The notes: generated from the sequence alone by a model not told the origin. 64,000 nucleotides of DNA from Carcharhinus amblyrhynchos (GCA_965287045.1 OZ336878.1:15748001-15812000); one strand, 5' to 3'; shown: positions 13,065 through 26,812, counted from the stretch's first letter. A program made the numbers and translations.

Positions 13065-13829
13065 AAATGGCATATTAGTCTTTTTTGCGAAGAGATTGGA
13101 GTACAGGAATAAAGAAGTTTTGCTGCAATTGTACAGGGCTTTGGTGAGAGTTTACATGGAATACTGCATGCTGTTTTAGCTTCCAAATTTAAGAATGGAT
13201 ATATGTGCACTGGAAGCAATTTAGAAAAGGTTCACTTGGCTGATTCCTGGGATGAAGAGTCCTCCCCCTCCCCCACCCCACCAGAGAACAATCGTGTCTC
13301 CCTCTCTCTCCCACGCACCATCCCCCCCTCCCCCCCCCCCCCCCCGCATCAGAGAATGACCTACTCCTGCTCCTATGTCCCTGTGTTACTAGTGAACAAC
13401 AATCATGATTTTTTTTTGGAATGATTATGCTGAGATTTACATTCAGCAATCAGAATAGTTTGATGTCAGAGTTTAGCCAATACCATTCTGTGTTTTATTT
13501 GAGTAGTCATCTAGACTAGCAAGATTTATTGCAAAATAGTGTGGAAGTTGATGCCACCATAACTAGGCTGCAGTTTTAATCATCAAGTCAACATTTCGGC
13601 AGGTCATACCTGGTTCAGCTGGCGTACCCACGTAAACATTGGCAAAATATGGATATTAGTTTGTTATGCCAACAGAACTGAAGCAGAAGCAGTGCTTCAA
13701 TGCTGGATACATGCCCATTGCCTCACTGCTGTCAGCTCAGTGAGATAGAATATCTGCGCCGGTCAGCTACTGCTCATATATAATGCTGATTTTGCTGATA
13801 TCCTATTAAATATTGCTGATACCCAATTA

Positions 13830-14056
13830 AATTCTCTGCCCGTTGAAGTGGTGGAGGCTACCTCGCTAAATATTTTTAAGACGCGGGTTGATGGGTTTTT
13901 GATAAGAGAGGGGATTAAGGGTTATGGGGAGAGGGCGGGAATGTGGAACTGAGCCACGACAGATCAGCCATGATCTTATTGAATGGCGGGGCAGGCTCGA
14001 AGGGCTAGATGGCCTACTCCTGCTCCTATTTCTTATGTTCTTATGTTCTTATGTTC
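13830..14056 (+). mobile_element. Young CR1 LINE 3' end
   Basis: Near-identical to 10800-11020; (TTCTTATG)n tail. Confidence 0.9.
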
Positions 14057-14475
14057 AAAGTTCAACAGGTTGGGCCGAAAAGATTCTGAGGGGGTTTGAT
14101 AGGATAGATGCTGAGATGAAGTTTCCCTATCGGGCAATCCAGAGCTAGGCACAGTGGAGTCTTCCATTTATGAGGAGACATTATTTCCTGCAGGTCATTG
14201 TCCTTGGAATTCTCTTCCACAGAAAACAGTGGGGGTGATCATTAAATATATTCAAGGCAAACTTGTAGATTGTTGACAAGGGAATTGTGTTATGGGGACA
14301 GGCAGGAAAATGGAGGTAATGCCACAATCCAATCAACCATGATCTTATTGAATGGCAGAACATGCTGGATGGGCTGGGTGCTTTTGCTCTTTTTTGGTAT
14401 GGCCTTGAGAAAATAATTTGTTCTCCTATAACTTGAGTTTTCTCATTTGACCTCTATCAATATTATCCCTGACAG

Positions 14476-14666
14476 TTAAAAGCAGTACATGATCAGCTTA
14501 AAGCCTTAGCACGAGCTCCGTTGTCCAGGAAGAAGAAAAAGAGCAAAGTCAAAAAGGAAAAGAAGAGGAAAGATAAAAAGAAACTGAAGAAAAATTGTGA
14601 AAGGAAGAAACTCAAATCTAAGCAATTGCAGAAAAAGAAATTGAAGAAAGCCTTGATAGAAAAAAG
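14476..14666 (+). CDS. BRDT: BRDT exon: motif B coiled coil and lysine-rich basic region
   Basis: cctgacag acceptor; LKAVHDQLKALARAPLSRKKKKSKVKKEKKRKDKKK...; GTAC donor in phase 2, matching the next exon. Confidence 0.92.
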
Positions 14667-15611
14667 GTACAATCACATTCTCTCATCACCTGAAGACATT
14701 GACTTGTCCTCGAGTGCAGAAAAGATGGAAAGGAATGTTGGTCCAAACTAAATTTCTTTTACTTTTAGTTGGTTAGATGTCTCTTTAAATCCAATGATAA
14801 TTTTTTTTTACTTTTTTTTAAAGGCCGTATTTGTTGCCAAATGCCAGGCATGCGCAGTTGTACTGTTTTACTCTGACATCATTGAAAGTGATAGTCTATC
14901 AGCAACCAGCAGCAGAGATATTTATCAAATAACTATTAAAGACAGTTATTTTACAAAGCCTCATCTTTTCCAAATCAGTGGAGCTCTCCAGAATCCAGCA
15001 GATTTGAATGTTCAGACCTGTCTGATGCTTATTTTGAGTATTTTGTTTCTGATGTCCGTTTTTATTTGTCACTCCCCTGCCCTGAGCATTTTGTTTGTTT
15101 TTTCCCCCCTGGAATAGGTGTGAACTTAGGCTCAAGTTTTTGCATATTTTCCTACAGGCTGCAGAAATGGAGGATGCCTATTTAAAATAGAAATTTCCAA
15201 TGATTGCTTAGTGTTTTTGAATGGAATTTTACAAAATGTAGAAGTACTTAGTTTAGAAGTATTTATTAATACAAACTTTCAGAAGTTAGAGGACTGTTTA
15301 GCTAATCTGTCAGTGGTTTGTAGGGAGAATGAGTCAATGGGAAGAATTATGGGTGACAGCGTTCTAATATTCAAAGACATTTCTTCCATATCCCACCTTT
15401 GCAGCTCCAGGGCTGCTCCAAGTTGGATCTTGCTGCTGTCCACCCAGTCTGAGTCTTGTGGCAGGTGAGCAGTCAGGTTGTAAGCTTCCCACAGTTTGTG
15501 TCTCCTGCTCTGGCCCTCTTTCCCCTTAACCTGGATGCATTAGCAAGCTGCAAACACTGGGAAAAATGAACAAATGCCGGTATTAATTACTTTGGTGATA
15601 TGGAGGCTAAA

Positions 15612-15845
15612 TTGAATTGATGTATTATTGTCACATGTATTGGGATACAGTGAAAAGGATTGTTTCTAGAGTGCTATACAGACAAAACATACCATTCATA
15701 CAGTACATAGGAGAGAAGGAAAGGAGAGGATGCAGCATATAGTGTTGCATTTACTAATAGGGTGTAAAGAAAGATTAGCTTATTGTTTGGTAGGAGCTTT
15801 CAAAAGCCTGATGGCACCAGGAAAGAAGCTGTTCTTGAGTCTGTG
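15612..15845 (-). mobile_element. Rex/Babar-like LINE 3' end
   Basis: Similar to 310-520. Confidence 0.65.
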
Positions 15846-16322
15846 TCAAAAGTTCCCCCTCCTTCCCATCCCTGAAACTATGGAGAGGCTGCACTCTGCC
15901 TGCCCATCTTAAGGCTCAAACTGGGTGAACAGCTTCAGGATTAGAATAAGATCCAACTGGCACTGTCTCCCTGCAAATGACGTCAATGATTTTCTGCACC
16001 TGCATGGACAAGTGGATGACTGTTTTGCATCATCAAGAGACAATGTGTTGAATTTTTGACCCAAAGCAATTAACATGAGCATCTGTTCACTTTCCTCAGC
16101 AGCATTAGCTTATCTCCTTGAACTTTTTAAAAATTGTATTCAGGCAACACCGATTACATTCTGCAGGACACACCCCAGCATGCGCCACAGCCAATTGATT
16201 ATTTCTGAAATCTGCTTACTGTTAAGTAGGTAAACATGGCAGGTCACTTATGCTGAGCAAGACCAACAAATATTCATATTAACCATTGGTCTGTCATTGG
16301 TGGTGTTGGTTAAGAGATAAAG

Positions 16323-16603
16323 CTAGCACGAGGGGGCATGGCTTTAAATTAAGGGGGGGGTAGTTATAGGACGGATGTCAGGGGGTAGGTTCTTTACCCA
16401 GAGGGTGGTGAGGGATTGGAATGCCCTGCCTGCTGCGGTTGTAAATGCGCCTAGTTTGGGGGCGTTTAAGAGATCCGTGGATAGGTTTATGGACGAAAAG
16501 GGATTGGTTTAGGTTAGTGGGTCATTGTTTTTTAACTGGTCGGCGCAACATCGTGGGCCGAAGGGTCTGTTCTGCGCTGTAATGTTCTATGTTCTATGTT
16601 CTA
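16323..16603 (+). mobile_element. CR1-like LINE 3' end
   Basis: RGHGFKL/FFTQRVV end and (TTCTATG)3 tail. Confidence 0.8.
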
Positions 16604-17579
16604 TAAATGTTGACTGAGACACCGAGAGACTGTCACTGTCCTTCCCAGGAAGGATCCTTTGAGATCAGGTAACTCCTCATTTTGACATCTATCAAAAGAT
16701 GCACCTCCAACTATGTAGAAGTTCCCCAGTAATGCATCGTCATAATTCGTTATTTCCATAGTGGTTAAAGTGGTTTGACCATACACATGTAAGTAAAGAA
16801 TGACCTAGGTGTTATGAGAGCCTATTCAAAATTAATTTCACTTGGAAAAATCCCAAGCTACTTGTGTGGGCATCCTTGCTTATCTCTTTTACTTAGCAAC
16901 AAGTCTGTTTTATGTTTCTCAATATTCATATTCTAATTTCTGGATCGTCCCTTCCTGAATTCTAAAATGCTTCCAATTCTCAGGCTTAATACTTTATTTG
17001 TCAACTTTGTAAGCGATTTCCTTTGATCTGTTGTCAACCACAGTCAATTGACTTGTCCCCTGTAGGGTTCTTGGGCCTTGAAAGAATGTATATTTGTTGA
17101 TAACCATGCATTAGCTCTTTAACTCTAGTCATTGCCTGTCTTCTGTCATACCATTCAGTATGTTTTCCCAATCCACCAGAGCCCACTTTGCTCATAGTTA
17201 ACTTAGATTTAAGACCTTACTTTTGGACTGAACTGCAAGGTTTTCAAACTTAATGAAAGATTCCATCATATAATGGTCACCCTTCCCTAAAGGTTATTTA
17301 ATTAACGCAGTTATTAGTTAATCCCCTCTCATTGCAAAATGCAACTAGATCTAAAATAATCTGTTCCCTGCTTAGTTCGTCAACATGCAGCTCCAGAAAA
17401 CCATCTTGCAGACACACATTTGATATTTGCATTCATTCTTTACTGTTTAAGAGCATTCATTTTAATATCCAATATCTTGCGAAAAAGCCTTCATTACACT
17501 TCCAGATTTTTTTGGCTATCTGTGGCCTCATTCACTAGATAAATACCAAGAATATTTGCTACCCACTTGTGGGACTCTG

Positions 17580-17862
17580 ATAATACTGCTGCCTTACAGC
17601 ACCAAGGACACTGGATCAATTCCCACCTTGGGTCACTCTATGCGGAATCTGCATGTTCTCCCAATGTCTGCATGGGCTTCTTCCGGGTGCTCCAGTTTTC
17701 TCCCACAGTCCGAAAGACGTGCTGATTAGATGCATTGGCCATGCTAAATTCTCCTTCAGTATACTCGAACAGGTGCCGGAGTGTAGCAACTAGGGGATTT
17801 TCACAGTAACTTCATTGCAGTGTTAATGTAAGTTTAATTGCAACACTAATAAATAAACTTTA
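17580..17862 (+). mobile_element. V-SINE family 2 (CTAATAAATAAAC tail)
   Basis: HE1-like head/core with tail GGGGATTTTCACAGTAACTTCATTGCAGTGTTAATGTAAG...AATAAATAAAC. Confidence 0.8.
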
Positions 17863-19021
17863 AACCCCAGAGTGCCCACAGCTACATACAATACTCCTGC
17901 TGCAATCTAACTTAAATCACTAAAATGTTTTAAGTGAACAACAGGTTTGTGGCTAAAGAAAAAAAGTAATTTGCTTTCTATTAATGATTCATGAGATTTG
18001 AGCAATGCTTGCATTGCCAACCCCAATAGCTCAAATGATGGTGATTGGCTGCAGCCTATCTGGTGTGGGTACAGCCACAGTGCAGTTAGGAAGGAAATGC
18101 TGGATTTTTCACCTTGCAACAGTGAACAAAGTGTCACAGTTCCAACTCAGGATGGTGTGAGACTGGGAATGGAAGTTGTGGATGGTGGTGTTCCCATGTT
18201 GTCTACTGCCCAGGTTTTTCCAGATGGTAAAGATTGTGGATTTGGCGGGTGCTGCTGAAGCAGACTTGACAGGTTGCTGCACTGTTTCTAGTTGGTTCAC
18301 ACAGCTGCTGTTGTGTTGGTGGTGGAAGGAATGAATGTTTAAGGTGGCGAATATAGTGCCAATAGAGAAGTCTGTGTTGTCCTTTTACGGTGTTGAGTTG
18401 AACATTAGAATTGCACACATCTAGGCAAGTGGAGAGTGGTCCACTCTCTGTTTAAACTAGTATATCCAGTTCTGCATCTCACTCTGTAACCAAAAAAAGA
18501 ATTAAAATTGTGACTCGTCAGTTGATCTTAAATTGTGAAATCCAGAGTTAGGCTTCATCAACCCAAAGGACATCTATTTTTGGAATTCAGGAAACCTATA
18601 GGATCTAGTTCAGGTTTAAAGAGTCCAATACTTGTGCAATAGAGGGTAGTGTAATTTGATTCCACTGTATGGCTTGTAACATAACCAAACTATATATACC
18701 CCCTGAATGAATGATGTAGCATGCTGAGACCTTCCACTTTTTAGCAGTGCCATTTTTGTGATACCTCATGTAGCTGAACATTTGTCATCTGGTTGTGTTT
18801 TTGCTTTTGGCGTCGTTGCTTTTCAGTATGGCAATTGAATGGCTTATGTTATTTCAGAGAGCACTTAAAAACTTGCCAGTTGCTCATCAACTTGAAATAC
18901 AATCCCTAGTTAGCCAGTCACTCTTAAGGACTAGTGCAGCAGTTCCAAAACACAACTGGATTGCCATGTCCTCCTCTTCCGTTTGTCTCTTGAAAGAGTT
19001 TTCCTTTTTCTTGTGTCTTTT

Positions 19022-19726
19022 GAACATAAGAACATAAGAAATAGGAGCAGGAGTAGGCCATCTAGCCCTTCGAGCCTGCCCCGCCATTCAATAAGATCAT
19101 GGCTGATCTGTTGTGGCTCAGTTCCACTTTCCCGCCCTCTCCCCATACCCCTTAATCCCCTCTCTTATCAAGAACCCATCAACCCGCTTCTTAAAAATAT
19201 TTAGCGAGGCAGCCTCCACCACTTCAACGGGCAGAGAATTCCAGAGATTCACCACCCTTTGAGTGAAGAAGTTCCTCCTCAACTCCGTTCTAAACCGCCT
19301 CCCCTTTATCTTGAGGCTGTGCCCCCTAGTCCTACTGTCTTTTTTGAGCGGGAAGAGTCTCTCCACCTCTATCCTATCCATCCCATTCATCATCTTATAC
19401 GTCTCAATGAGATCTCCCCTCATTCTTCTAAACTCTAACGAGTACAAGCCTAGTTTATTCAGCCTCTCCTCATAGCTCAATCCCCTCAACTCCGGTATCA
19501 GCCTAGTAAACCTCCTCTGCACTCCCTCCAGGGCCAAAATATCCTTGCGCAGGTGCGGCGCCCAAAACTGCACACAGTACTCCAGCTGCGGCCTCACCAA
19601 TGCCCTATACAGCTGCAGCAAGACCTCCCTACTTTTATATTCAATCCCCCTCGCTATGAAGGCCAGCATCCCATTTGCCTTCCTGACCACCTGCTGCACC
19701 TGCAAGCTGGGTTTTTGCGCTTCTTC
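19022..19726 (-). mobile_element. Young CR1 LINE, ~700 bp 3' fragment with uninterrupted ORF2 end
   Basis: 203-aa stop-free ORF (19118-19729) plus (TTCTTATG)n tail. Confidence 0.94.
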
Positions 19727-19979
19727 CACAATTGACTCTAATCTCCCTTCTATCCTTTTCTCTCTCCACTCCTCATTCTATGTTTTGTTTGGCTCCAATT
19801 CACTCTGTTTTCTCCTCTGCCATTCATGTTACTTTTTCTCTATCCTTTTTATCATCTTGGCCAAAGAAAGAAGCCTTTTGATAAAATACTCATGATGTGA
19901 CAGCAACATTAATGCATTATTATCTGGTTAACTTATGGTGCAAATATAGTGTGATGTCAATAGAAGACACCAAACAGTA

Positions 19980-20170
19980 TCATAGAATCCCTACAGTGCA
20001 GAAGGAAGCCATTCAGCCCCTCAAGCCTGCATCAGCAACTATCCCACCCAGGCCCTATCTCTGTAACCCCACACATTTAACCTGCTAATCCCCTGACACT
20101 AAGGGGCAATTTAGCACGGCCAATCCACCTAACCTGCAGATCTTTAGACTATGGGAGGAAACCGGAGTAC
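19980..20170 (-). mobile_element. HE1-type V-SINE, 5'-truncated
   Basis: catagaatccctacagtgcagaagg tail and V-core on the minus strand. Confidence 0.8.
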
Positions 20171-20668
20171 CTGGTTTGTGTCCAACTTGCGGTTGCAGCA
20201 ATTTATGATCCAATATCTCTATTTTCGGCTCCCTTGCTCTACTGCACTCCGTAAAGCAAAAACTCCCAAGGATGTTGTTTGCAGTAAACAAAATAATACA
20301 AATTATAATGCTTTACCATGGTTCTGGATGCTGCAATTTCCAAATGAGATACTAAGGCAATTGATTACAAATTACATTGCTGTCAATTAGAGAGTGTGAC
20401 ATTCAGTATCTTGAGCACTTGTTCAAAAAAGCTTCATACACAAGATTTTTTTTGGCATTTTTAGTAATAACCTGAGGACACAAAATTGTTCTAATGCTAT
20501 GAAGCCTTATTTTTCGTTGTGACTTGCATGCAAAACTTGATTCCATTGTCACTTCCTAGCATTGAAAATTTGACTTCACGTAGTAAGCAGAGTGGTGTTT
20601 GTGGCACCACTTTCATTGAACAGGACAATTTTAAATACTAATGCTAATAAGTGCACTTTACAATGCAG

Positions 20669-20949
20669 GGAATCAAAAAATAAACAGCAAGCACCTGAAT
20701 GTGATTCAGAAGATGATGCCAAGCCCATGTCTTACGATGAAAAAAGACAATTAAGTCTAGATATAAACAAGCTTCCTGGTGACAAATTGGGACGCATTGT
20801 CCACATAATACAGACAAGAGAACCCTCCTTAAGAGACTCAAATCCAGATGAGATAGAAATTGACTTTGAAACTTTAAAACCCTCTACATTGAGAGACCTA
20901 CAAAGGCATGTTATGACTTGTCTGAGGAAAAAACCAAGAAAGCCTTCAT
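20669..20949 (+). CDS. BRDT: BRDT exon: extra-terminal (ET) domain
   Basis: atgcag acceptor; ...[60 protein letters not shown]...; GTAAGT donor; phase 2/1. Confidence 0.96.
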
Positions 20950-21037
20950 GTAAGTATGAAATTCTCTAGAACGTATTTTATCTCATTTAGAATGATGGCT
21001 AGCCTAATGCGTTTTTTTGGATGTCTGTGTCGTGTAG

Positions 21038-21157
21038 CTAAAAAATCTTTAGGAAAATCAAAGGAAGAAATTCAACTGGAGAAAAGGCAAGAGCTGGAAA
21101 AAAGATTACAGGATGTGAGTGGACATCTGAACTCTGGAAAGAAACAAAACAAAAACT
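21038..21157 (+). CDS. BRDT: BRDT exon after ET (EKRQELEKRLQDVSGHLN)
   Basis: 88-nt preceding intron; conserved BET motif ELEKRLQDVSG; GTATGT donor; phase 1/1. Confidence 0.93.
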
Positions 21158-21240
21158 GTATGTACTGGGATTGTTCAATCTGTAATAATCTGCTCTTTCC
21201 TTTTGTCTTCAAATTAAGTGTTCTAACATTTTTTACACAG

Positions 21241-21375
21241 CCCAGAAGAATAATCCAGTTCAAGAGATGAGCCAATGTTCCCGATTAAGTGAAAGCAGCA
21301 GCAGTTCCTCAGACTCAGGAAGTGACAGCACCAGTAGTGACTCTAGTTCTTCAGATAGCAGTGATACTGAATCAG
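21241..21375 (+). CDS. BRDT: BRDT exon: SEED (Ser/Glu/Asp-rich) region
   Basis: ttttacacag acceptor; ...SRLSESSSSSSDSGSDSTSSDSSSSDSSDTES; GTTAG donor; phase 1/1. Confidence 0.92.
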
Positions 21376-22881
21376 GTTAGGTACCAATCTCTGTACATGA
21401 CTTAAGACAGCTGAGTTAATATCAAATGCTACCATCTCCCACCTCTGCTGCTCAAACTATCTTTTCAATAACATTTGTCATGGATAATTACAGAAAACTG
21501 GTATAGTTATTAATAATGGGTCTTGTGTAATGCAATATTGGAAGCAGAAGTATTCTTTGAATCACTTCCTAATAACTTAGTAGTCACGTACATATTGATA
21601 GAGCAATGTATTTCATCTAAACGTACAAAGTTGGTAGCGAGAAGGGACTAGCTAGTCCATCCAGCCTGTCCCAGCAATTCTTCATTTTTTTAAGAAGTCT
21701 GAAAACACCAATCTGTTACAATACAAGTGTTTTGCTTAAGGTGGTAAATATCAAGCAAAATTATCTGCGAATTTAGGCCAATTGACCTGTAATGAAATCT
21801 GCAGATTATACCCAGCAAGTCAAGTCAGCATTAGTAGAGGAAAAAGAGCTTATATTTAACTTTGTCTGATCACATGATAAAAGGCTTATACGTACTTGAC
21901 ATTTCTTTGCAGGTGCTAGCTGACATGCTTTGTATTTCCAGGATTTGCTGCTTTTCCATTTATTTTCAAATTGTTTAGAGTTGGCTAAAACTTGGCTTGC
22001 AAGACTGATGTTTCATATTTTTAATTTACTGCATTACTGGAATTCACTATAAGCCCTTCACTAATGTAATGTTTCAAAGTGTTGTGATTTTCTATTTGGT
22101 GCATAATGCAGATTGAGACGCCAATTAACTATTTTCTGGTTTTGTGTTAGTGTAACTGATGTTTCTGATTTGGCTTTTGTAATACAGTTTTCACATAATT
22201 ACAGTACAGTTTCTTACAGCTGTCAATGATTGGAGTAGGGTCAATGTTCGGAATTGAACACACTAGAAATGCTTTCCATGTTTTATTTATTAATTTTGTG
22301 ATTGGAGAAATAATTTAACATGGCTTTTGAAATGTTAATTTGTCAGAAAATTTGTGTTTATGATTACATTATAGCATCATCTCAGTTGTCAGGCTGGTAT
22401 GGGGTTGGCGGGTGGAAAGGGGTACTTTATTGCCTGGGTACAAATATTAATGGTCAGGCTGTCAGAAAGCTTTTGCCGTTTGAAGTTTCTCATAGGTGGT
22501 GAACTGAGCTAGAATTTACATCTCCTTGATCAGCTGTAGAAATTGCAATATGATATAGTTAATCTGTTTTGTAGCAGAATGTGGTATTCCTCATGTCTGT
22601 CAGCATCAATCCTTAATGTGTTATTAGGAAGCATTCTTTTCCCCAGGCTGAACTGTCTGCTACTTAATCTCTTTCACCTTTTCAACTGCTATTGGAATTT
22701 GGCTGACTCCAAGTCAATTCACTTGCATTCAGCAACTACAATTATTTCAAGAGTCTTACTCTGTCAGGATGAGTTCTTTCTGACTTGAATATATTGGCTA
22801 AAATTGAAGTTCTATTTTTGCGTTTTTACAATTGGACTGAATTAAAAATCAGAAATCTAACATGCCAAATAAAATTAAGGT

Positions 22882-23160
22882 GGTATGGTGGCACGGTGGT
22901 TAGCATGGTGCCTCACTGTACCAGGGACCTGGGTTCGATTCCCAGCTTGGGTCATTGTGCAGAGTCTGCAATTCTCCCCGTATCTGTGTGGGTTTCATCC
23001 AGGTGCTCCAGTTTCTTCCCACAGTCCAAAAGACGTGCTGGTTAGATGCATTGGCCATGCTAAATTCACCCTCAGTGTACCTGAAAAAGCGCCGGAGTGT
23101 AGCGACTAGGGGATTTTTACAATAGCTGTTAATGTAAGCCTACTTGTTGATTCTAATAAA
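22882..23160 (+). mobile_element. V-SINE family 2
   Basis: tRNA-like head GGTGGCACGGTGGTTAGC/GGTTCGATTCC, V-core, GTAAGCCTACTTG tail. Confidence 0.82.
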
Positions 23161-26100
23161 AAAAAAGTTTTGTCGTGACTAAAGTGTGTTTATTTTGTCA
23201 AAAGTTTCCTAAATGCTTTTGGTATTTTGCATTGGAGGTTTAATCCCCTCCATTATTCAGTAATAGTTTATAAATGGGGCTTTTTATTGTTGCTACAGTG
23301 GAAAGTTTGTAGATTTCAATGGGACAGTTCTATATGTTGAACAAATCTATCTTGTATAACTTATCATATATCACTTTGAGACCTTTAATTTTTGTATAAT
23401 GTACATCTAACAGAAATAGTATTTATTATGTAAGGCAATGCTTTTTCATCAATTGTTTACAATTTCATTTCTTTAAATACATGCATTTACATCACTTATC
23501 TTGTGCTAGATCTCATGTAAAAGTCACTCATGAAATAGATGATTCATTTTTGCCGCAAAGTTTCTGTGAAATCCTAGTTACATTAACATTCTGTTCCCTT
23601 TAAAGGAGCAAGGAGCATTTGTACCTGTTTTTGTTCGTTTTACTCTGCTTCCTTTCATGTTGAAGGAAATAAAAGGGAAGATGCAGATTTGTGAACTTTT
23701 ATATGTGCAAGCTAAACATTCACTCTGTACCAATAGTCTTGTAAATTGTTATTTGCAGAACATTAAGCTAAATAGCAGCATGTTTTCATTATGACATTAC
23801 AGAATTGTAGCTGTCTACTTGGAAAATACACAGCTGTTTTCTCTATCATACAAATCTTCCCATTAGAAGTTTTTTGATTTCAAGGTCAAATTTATTTTTA
23901 AATCTATTTAGATGAAATACTGTTGTCTGCTCCCCAAGTCCCTTTTCTCTCTCCTCCTGCATCTTGTACTTTGATCTTACAGAAACCAAAACAAAAGCCA
24001 ACAGATGTGTAATCCTAAATCAATTTTCCTTTTTATCTCAACATTTCTCTTGTTCTCCCTTATTTTCACTCACTCACTCACCATTTTGCCACAAAAGTTC
24101 ATCATTAATTTCATTATTTTTTAATACTTCTTCATGGGATGTGGGTGTCACTAGCTAGGCCAGCATTTGTTACCTATCCCTTCTTCCCTTGAACCTAGTG
24201 TCTTGCTCGGCTATTTCAGAGAGTCAACCATATTGCTGTGGACCTGCAGCCACATGGCTAGATCGGGTAAGGACGGCATATTTCAAAAGAGCAAATGAAA
24301 TTACAGCACAGGAACAGGCTCTTCTGCCTTCCAAGCCTGCATCAACCATGCTGCCCAACTGAACTAAAACTCCCTACCGTTCCAGGGACCATATCTCTCC
24401 ATTCCCATCCTATTCATGTATTTGTCCAGACGCCCCTTAAAAGTCACTATCGTATCTGCTTCCACTATCTCCCGCAGCAGCAAGTTCCAGGCACCTACCC
24501 CCCTCTCTTTCTTCCCTAAAGGACATTAATGAATGAGATGGGTTTTTATGATTTAATTGTTTTGTGGTCATTATTACTGCAACTAATTTTCAAGTACATT
24601 TTTATTAAGTGACTATTACTTGCAGTTGCTACCATGGTGGGAATTGAACCCATGTCCCCAGAGCATTAGCCTGGCCTTTGGGTTGCTGGTCAGTGACATT
24701 ACTGCTGTACCTCACTACCATCTCCCTTAACTCTACTGTTCCTAAGTTATCAAATTACTTATTTGATGTCCAGTACTTGACGAGCAGGAATTTCCCCCAA
24801 TTAAATATTGAGAAGACTGAAACCTTTGTTTTGTTCCCTTCTCCAAAGCTGGTCCCCTGAGTACCAATGACAGCCCTTGCCATGGCAACAGTCTGAAATT
24901 AGTCAGTATGTTTGCAAACTTGGTACCATATTTGACCCTGAGATTACATGATTGTGTCATCATTAAGACTGGCTATTTCCATCTTCATAATGTGGCTTGA
25001 CCTCAGGCCTTGTCTCAACTCATCTGCTGCAGAAACCCGCATTCATATTTTCGTTGCCTCGCAACTTGACCTTCTAATATACTCCTAGCTAGATGTACAG
25101 ATAAAAATGTCCAAAGAAACAAGGGCACCAAAATGTCCTTACAAACAGGTCCTTTTTTCTTTTAAAATGTTAATTCTCAGTGCCATGCTGGCTATCAGAG
25201 AAACCAACCTGAAGTTTGTTTGTCTCATTCTGTCCTTCATAAACTTGAGGTCAGATTTTTTTAAAAACTCACCGCTAATAGACATGAAGGAATGAGATGT
25301 TGCATCTGTAAAAATTTATGTTTGGGGCCAGAGAGATTTAGGAAGTAATTATTACGAACGGTATTAATTTTTTTGAACTCCTGTATACCCCAACCTACCT
25401 TTTATTTGACATCTTTACGGCGGGAGTTATTGAGTAAGTATTCCAATTCAATGCCATTGCATTGACTTCGGAGTGGTTACTGATTGTGGCAGTGCGCCTG
25501 TATAGGAGTGAAGTATCTCCAGCAACAACTTCTGATTTTATGTTCATGTACAGATGCTGGAATTTTCTATCCATTTACTAATGGTGAGCGTTGTTGTTCT
25601 CAACATTTAGTTATGTAAAACCCAGGCCAATAATTTGCCTAGCCTAGCAAATGTGTACGTTTATTGTTTTTAAGCTTGATAAATCTGTGGTTTTGCAACC
25701 AAATTGACTTCTTAAACCATTGAAGTTCCCCAGATGAGATTTCAAAATGTTATAGAATTGGGGAAACTGATGGTTTGACTCAAACAATTGATAGTTTTGA
25801 ATCTGCACGTGAGCAAGTGTCTTAATCCCCTTGTGTTCATTTGTCCCTGTTGCCTTTGTGTCCCTTTTCTTCAATAAACCATCTAACTTATTCTGGCATG
25901 ATCTCTGTTTTAATCACTAACTTTGATAGTGTAATGCAGTCCTGCAGCCTTCTCTGTAGTAGTAAAGTTTATCCAAATCTGAGTTAAATCACTTCTCATT
26001 TAGTCATGAGACTGAGTCCCCTTGTTCTCGATCTCTCAACTACATTAAATCATTTGGTTTCTACTTACTGTGTCCAATCCCTTCATACTTTTAAGCACTG

Positions 26101-26286
26101 CAATTAAATCATACACTCCTCTGTTCTAATGAAAACAACTTATTTTTTCTAGCAAGTCTTTTTAATTTGTATTTCTCTATACCAAGCAGCATCCTAATGA
26201 GTCTGCATTGTATCCCCTTACTGCTTTAACATCTTTTCGAATATCTGGAGGCAAAACTGCAGTGAAGTAATATATTCCATTGCAGA

Positions 26287-26600
26287 GTGGTGGCTCAGTG
26301 CTTAGCACTGCTGCCTCACAGCTCTAAAGACCCAGGTTTAGTTCCTGGCTTGGGTCACTCTGTGCAGATTCTGCACATTCTTCTCACGTCTGTGTGGGTT
26401 TTCTCTAGCTGCCTCCAGTTTCCTCCCACAGTCCGAAAGACATGCTGGTTAGGTGCATTGGCACCTAATGCACCTAAAATGATGTTCATTCTCCCTCAGT
26501 GTGCTCAAACAGGCGCCAAAGTATGACGACGAGAGGATTTTCACAGTACCTTTCGTTGTAGCGTTAATGTAAGCCTACTTGTGACACTAGTAAATAAACT
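26287..26600 (+). mobile_element. V-SINE family 2
   Basis: Same head/core/tail layout as 22882. Confidence 0.8.
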
Positions 26601-26750
26601 TGAAACTAACTGCGTAACAATTTAGCTATTCAGAAGGGCTTTTTGGACTTGATTTGCAAAGTTATAAATGTAAGAGTGGCCGTCCATAATCTTTTGTTTT
26701 TCATTTCATAATTTTAATGTACAGTGTTATTTTTAACTTTATTTCTGCAG

Positions 26751-26812
26751 AGAGAGCACCAAAGCCAAAATGGAGCAAATGTAACAATATTCTTTCTAAT
26801 GATGAGAGAAAG
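26751..26812 (+). CDS. BRDT: BRDT small exon (ERAPKPKWSKCNNILSNDERK)
   Basis: Strong tttctgcag acceptor and GTAACT donor; phase 1/0 fits both neighbours; open frame. Confidence 0.8.

Larger units (their letters stand above)
10260..13380 (+). mobile_element. Cluster of old degenerate CR1 fragments with nested insertions
   Basis: Scattered RT/ORF2 remnants (GKSCLTNL-like, GSVFGP, SKFPEDAKLGG), interrupted by a young CR1 and a SINE. Confidence 0.7.

Noticed and set aside
19118-19729. Longest ORF in the track (203 aa) as a host gene
   Set aside because: It is the ORF2 C-terminus of a 5'-truncated CR1 LINE.
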